Positions 60,486-64,000 of a stretch of 64,000 nucleotides of DNA are shown piece after piece. The position numbers and the translations under genes were made by a program. How positions within the stretch are numbered: the stretch's first letter is position 1; each line of letters opens with the position of its first letter. This DNA comes from Planctomycetota bacterium (GTDB lineage: Bacteria > Planctomycetota > B15-G4): assembly GCA_965248575.1 (NCBI GenBank), contig CBDFJQ010000002.1, positions 4,000,001 to 4,064,000 on the forward strand, written 5' to 3'. The notes beneath the pieces were generated by a model, which saw nothing but the letters and a program-made list of their open reading frames with translations, was not told the origin of the DNA and did no database searches.

Positions 60486-60734
60486 GTGAAGATCGAACTG
60501 ACCTACTGCGCCGTCTGAAATTACGAGCCCCGTGCCGTCGGTCTGGCGGAGGAATTGCTCAAGAAGCACAAGAGTGGGATCGATTCGTTGAATCTACTGC
60601 CCAGTGATGGCGGTCGATTCGAAGTCACCAAGAATGGAGAGCTGGTTTTCTCCAAGCTGCAGTGCGGACGTTTTCCCGAGGATGGCGAGGTGGATGCCAT
60701 TCTCACCGGCAACCAGCCGCCGGTTCTGGCCTGA
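60486..60734 (+). CDS. Rdx/SelW-family selenoprotein (CxxU), in-frame UGA at 60516-60518
   Basis: MKIELTYCAV-U-NYEPRAVGLAEELL...PSDGGRFEVTKNGELVFSKLQCGRFPE...; GGAG SD; family similarity continues on both sides of the UGA. Confidence 0.88.
60519..60560 (+). promoter_or_regulatory. Candidate bacterial SECIS element
   Basis: Immediately 3' of the UGA: upper stem GCCG/UGGC closing a UCGGUC loop, outer GAGC/GCUC pairing. Confidence 0.5.
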
Positions 60735-60768
60735 TCTGCTCACACACTCCCCGGGTTTCCCTCATTCC

Positions 60769-62316
60769 GTGAAGAAGCCGAAGGTTGTCCTGTTCTTGCC
60801 GTCCCGGGTCGATCCCGAATTCGGGGATTTGCCGTCTGCGGACTTGCTGCCGTTGGAGCTGTTGCACATTGCTCCGGTGGCAGAGCAGCAGGGCTGGGAG
60901 GTCGTGGTCATCGATGCGATGACCGAGCCCGACTACATGGACCAGGTGCTTGAGGCCTGCGAAGGCGCCCAGGTGTTCGGCAGCTCGTGCATTCTCGGGT
61001 ACCAGGTCTGGGATGGGGCCGCCGTGGCTGAGGCCGTTCGGCAGCGCTTCCCTGATCTACCCATCGTGTGGGGCGGCTGGTTCCCTTCGGCCATCCCCGA
61101 GCTGTACCTCGGCAGCAACATCTGCGACGCCGTGGTGCACGGGCAAGGCGAGCTCACCTTCGGGGAGCTCTTGGACGCTTGGAAGGATGGCGGGCGCGGT
61201 GCGGATCTTTCGGAGATCCCCGGCATGGTCATCAAGCGCGAGGGAGAGGTCTACTGGACCCCGAAGCGCGCTGTCACGCACCTGAACGACTTGCCCGAGC
61301 CGTCGTTCCACCTGATCGAACTGCAGAAGTACTACGACCTCCAGAAGCGCGTGGCGCAGTTCGGTAACCGAGTCCGCAATCGGCTTCCGCCTCCGCACCA
61401 TCTGGCTGGTCGGCCGCACCGGGGCTTCAGCTACTTCTCGAGCTTCGGTTGCCCGGAGCCCTGTGGGTTCTGCTGCTCACCGCAGATTGCAGGCCGGCGC
61501 TGGATGGCGCTGGATGCCGATCTGCTCGTGGATCGCTTGGCGGTCATCCACAAGCAGGCGCCCTTCGATGTGCTGCGCTTCCAGGACGCGAACTTCGGTG
61601 TGGCCAAGAAGCGCATGGCCCAGTTCTGCGAGGGGCTGCTGGAGAAGGGCCTGAACATCAACTGGAACGGCACGATCGAGATCAAGCAGATCTGCCAGTA
61701 CGACTGGGACACGCTGAAGCTCATGAAGCAGTCCGGCAACCACCTCATGTGGTTTGGCGCCGAGGCTTCGACCTGGGAAACGCAGCAGCTCATCCGCAAG
61801 GCCATCAAGGAAGGCCAAACGAACGAGGCCATGGGCCGCATGCACGAGCTCGACATCAAGTCGGGGCTGACCTACATCATCGGGTACCCCGGTGAGTCGG
61901 TGGAGTCGATGTACGAGACGATCCACGAGGCTGCGCTCATGAAGACGCGCTACCCGTCCTGTTCCGTCGAGGTCTTCCCGTATCGCCCGATCCCCGGCAG
62001 CGAGTTCTGGCAGCCGTCGGTCGAGGACAACGGTTACCCGGTGCCCACCTCCTTCGAGGAGTGGGGGCGCTTCTTCGACTACAAGTTCAACTCGTGGTGG
62101 GGGCCCGTCCCCGAAGAGGTGCAAAAGGTCTGGGCACGCTTCACGCAGATGGCGCCTTGGTTCGACGGCATCGCCGGAGGCAAGGGTCCCATCTCCCACC
62201 TGCTCCGGAAGTCTGCCGGCGTCCGCCTGCGGAACCGTCTCTGGAAGGCGCCTGTCGAGTTCCAGATGTTCGACCTCGTGCGACGGTCCCTGGGGCCCGT
62301 GTCGTCCTACATCTAG
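60769..62316 (+). CDS. Cobalamin-binding radical SAM protein
   Basis: PLELLHIA, VWGGWFPS, GQGE, CPEPCGFC, DANF, GAE, IIGYPGES; GTG at 60769 (the ORF-track start at 60604 overlaps the selenoprotein). Confidence 0.9.
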   Translation: MKKPKVVLFLPSRVDPEFGDLPSADLLPLELLHIAPVAEQQGWEVVVIDAMTEPDYMDQVLEACEGAQVFGSSCILGYQVWDGAAVAEAVRQRFPDLPIVWGGWFPSAIPELYLGSNICDAVVHGQGELTFGELLDAWKDGGRGADLSEIPGMVIKREGEVYWTPKRAVTHLNDLPEPSFHLIELQKYYDLQKRVAQFGNRVRNRLPPPHHLAGRPHRGFSYFSSFGCPEPCGFCCSPQIAGRRWMALDADLLVDRLAVIHKQAPFDVLRFQDANFGVAKKRMAQFCEGLLEKGLNINWNGTIEIKQICQYDWDTLKLMKQSGNHLMWFGAEASTWETQQLIRKAIKEGQTNEAMGRMHELDIKSGLTYIIGYPGESVESMYETIHEAALMKTRYPSCSVEVFPYRPIPGSEFWQPSVEDNGYPVPTSFEEWGRFFDYKFNSWWGPVPEEVQKVWARFTQMAPWFDGIAGGKGPISHLLRKSAGVRLRNRLWKAPVEFQMFDLVRRSLGPVSSYI

Positions 62317-62318
62317 AC

Positions 62319-63098
62319 CTAGGATCCGCGTGACCAGTCGAGCATTTGCGCGGCAGCCTCGCCGGGGTTGACGGCGTCTAGGAGCGCGCTGGCCATGGCC
62401 GCTCGTCGAAGGTGTCGGGTGGGGGTCTGCTCGGAGCTGGCTCGGTCCGAGGCATCCATGCCCTCCATCGCTGGGGCGAAGGCAGCCGTGAGCAGGGGCA
62501 GGGTCCTCAGGCAGATGCCCCCGATGGGGTAGATGGGCAAGGTCGGATACGCCTCGAGGCAGCGCCGCAGCTCGGCGGGCTCAGCGGGGGTCGTCTGGGC
62601 CTTCGTGCCGGAGGGGGCCATGGCGCCAAAGCCCACGTGATCGACGCCGGCTGCCACGGCGCGTGTGACTTCCTCGAGAGTGCGGGTCGAGGTCCCCAGC
62701 AGGAGTTCGTCATCCAGTTCCCGGCGGGCTCGCTGGAGCCCCCGCTGGATGTCCCCCTCTCCCAGCAGTCGGGCGTCGCCCCTGCCAAGATGGAGCCCGT
62801 CGGCCAGGCCAGCACCCGCTACGAGGGCCGCCAGGTCGTCGTTCAGGATCAGCAGGGTCTGGGGCGCCAGCCGCTCCCGGAACGCCGCGAGCCAGCGCAG
62901 CCGCTCGGCGCTGCTGCCCGACTTGATTCGAAGCTGGACGAGGCCTACCCCTGCCTCGGAGATCTGGCCGACTTTCCCGAGCCAGGCCCTGCCTGCCTCC
63001 GAATCAGCTGCTTCGGCGGCCAGCGGCGGGGTGGCGATGAGGTAGATCTGGGCTCGGGACAGGCGTTCGAGACGCGGCTGGAGGGTCGGGGCTGTCAT
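62319..63098 (-). CDS. thiE: Thiamine-phosphate synthase-like protein
   Basis: VQLRIK, LILNDD, DGLHLG, GTST, SGTK, PIGGI. Confidence 0.8.
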   Translation of the reverse strand: MTAPTLQPRLERLSRAQIYLIATPPLAAEAADSEAGRAWLGKVGQISEAGVGLVQLRIKSGSSAERLRWLAAFRERLAPQTLLILNDDLAALVAGAGLADGLHLGRGDARLLGEGDIQRGLQRARRELDDELLLGTSTRTLEEVTRAVAAGVDHVGFGAMAPSGTKAQTTPAEPAELRRCLEAYPTLPIYPIGGICLRTLPLLTAAFAPAMEGMDASDRASSEQTPTRHLRRAAMASALLDAVNPGEAAAQMLDWSRGS

Positions 63099-63246
63099 TT
63101 CGGCATCGCCCCTTCGCCCTCCAGCGCCTCAATTGGCAGCCATTCTGGCAGCGGGAGCCTGGGGGCGCCGGCGGCTGCAGGCAGGGACTCCAGTCCTTGG
63201 GCTCCAAAGGGACTCCAGGGCTCGTTCCTGGTGCGTGAGCGGCGGT

Positions 63247-63262
63247 TGGCACTGCGTTTGCT
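63247..63262 (+). promoter_or_regulatory. Sigma-54 (-24/-12) promoter
   Basis: TGGCAC-TGCGT-TTGCT matches TGGCAC-N5-TTGCW exactly, 30 bp upstream of the response regulator ATG. Confidence 0.75.
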
Positions 63263-63292
63263 TTTCACTCGTTCCCATTCCGGGCGGATTCC

Positions 63293-63724
63293 ATGCACCC
63301 ATCACGCAACACACGCGCGCTTTCCGTGCTCGTCGGTGACGACGATAGCGCGATTCGTGAGTCCGTTGCCGAGGTCCTGGTGGCCCTGAACCTGGAGGTT
63401 CACACGGCACCGAGCGGGAGCAGCTCCCTCCAGATCCTGCTCAAGGAGCGCATCGATTTCAGCATTCTCGATGTGGAGATGCCGGACATGACCGGCCTCC
63501 AGGTCATCGAGCGCTATGCCAGTGGGCCTTGGATCGCCGGGGCAGGGACTCCTCCGGAGCGCATGGCTCCCCGTCGCATGCCCACCATCTTCATGTCGGG
63601 CAACCCCGCCGAGGAGATCCGCAGCGCCTGCGAGACCCTGGGCAGCACCTTCCTCAACAAACCGTTCGCAGCGCGAGACATGCGCTCGGCGGTCAGCCGC
63701 ATTCTCTCAGAGCTGTCGCTCTGA
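63293..63724 (+). CDS. Single-domain response regulator (CheY-like receiver)
   Basis: VLVGDDD, ILDVEMPDMTG (phospho-Asp), IFMSG, FLNKPF. Confidence 0.9.
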   Translation: MHPSRNTRALSVLVGDDDSAIRESVAEVLVALNLEVHTAPSGSSSLQILLKERIDFSILDVEMPDMTGLQVIERYASGPWIAGAGTPPERMAPRRMPTIFMSGNPAEEIRSACETLGSTFLNKPFAARDMRSAVSRILSELSL

Positions 63725-63822
63725 TTCGTTTCTGACTCAACCCTTCAACTCACACGCGATGGACCCAAGGCGCTGAGCGCCTCTCCATCGCACCAACACT
63801 CTGCAAAACAGGAGAGAGCAAC

Positions 63823-64000
63823 ATGGCGACCAAGACTGCCAAGACCCGCAAGACGTCCAAGAAGGCGAGCATCACCCCCCTGGGCGACAACATCCTCGTC
63901 AAGCGCCTCGAGGCCGAGTCCATCACCGCCGGGGGCATCGTGCTGCCCGAGAGCGCCAAGGAGAAGCCGCGTGAGGGTGTGGTGATCTCCGCCGGTGAAG
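63823..64000 (+). CDS. groES: Co-chaperonin GroES (partial, runs off the window)
   Basis: [68 protein letters not shown]. Confidence 0.95.
   Translation, partial: MATKTAKTRKTSKKASITPLGDNILVKRLEAESITAGGIVLPESAKEKPREGVVISAGE

Noticed and set aside
60604..60768. N-terminal extension of the radical SAM protein given in the ORF track
   Set aside because: It overlaps the selenoprotein CDS in another frame; the B12-binding domain begins at GTG 60769.
63246..63272. CIRCE element upstream of groES
   Set aside because: TTGGCACT resembles a left half-site, but there is no GAGTGCTAA-like right arm after 9 nt; the sigma-54 consensus fits exactly instead.
63095..63298. thiS or another small gene upstream of thiE
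   Set aside because: No C-terminal GG or ubiquitin-like pattern; it overlaps the divergent sigma-54 promoter.

Overview
GC-rich bacterial chromosomal window. The secreted-protein repertoire suggests Planctomycetota, which is an inference. There is no tRNA, rRNA, CRISPR array, prophage or IS element. About 50 tightly packed CDSs are present. Housekeeping and metabolic genes: pckG, transketolase, trxB, xseA-xseB, hutH, hutU, nth, pdxS-pdxT, queA, ligA, thiE-like, csp and partial groES. Other clusters: a three-subunit molybdo-flavoenzyme with 4-hydroxybenzoyl-CoA reductase signatures, an SxtJ/carbamoyltransferase/SxtK-like triplet, an SPFH pair, and many large secreted proteins. The most notable signals are easy to miss. 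(1) A 60-aa bacterial histone (33356..33538, minus strand) lies upstream of a DUF6687-like gene. (2) A CxxU Rdx/SelW-family selenoprotein (60486..60734) with an in-frame UGA and a SECIS-like hairpin is absent from the ORF track and sits directly before a B12-dependent radical SAM gene. (3) Two unrelated secreted proteins share a C-terminal module that may be a sorting signal. (4) A membrane protein is fused to an M1 peptidase and retains an internal signal peptide. (5) A consensus sigma-54 promoter precedes a response regulator-groES unit. All family assignments come from motif recognition by eye; no database searches were run.
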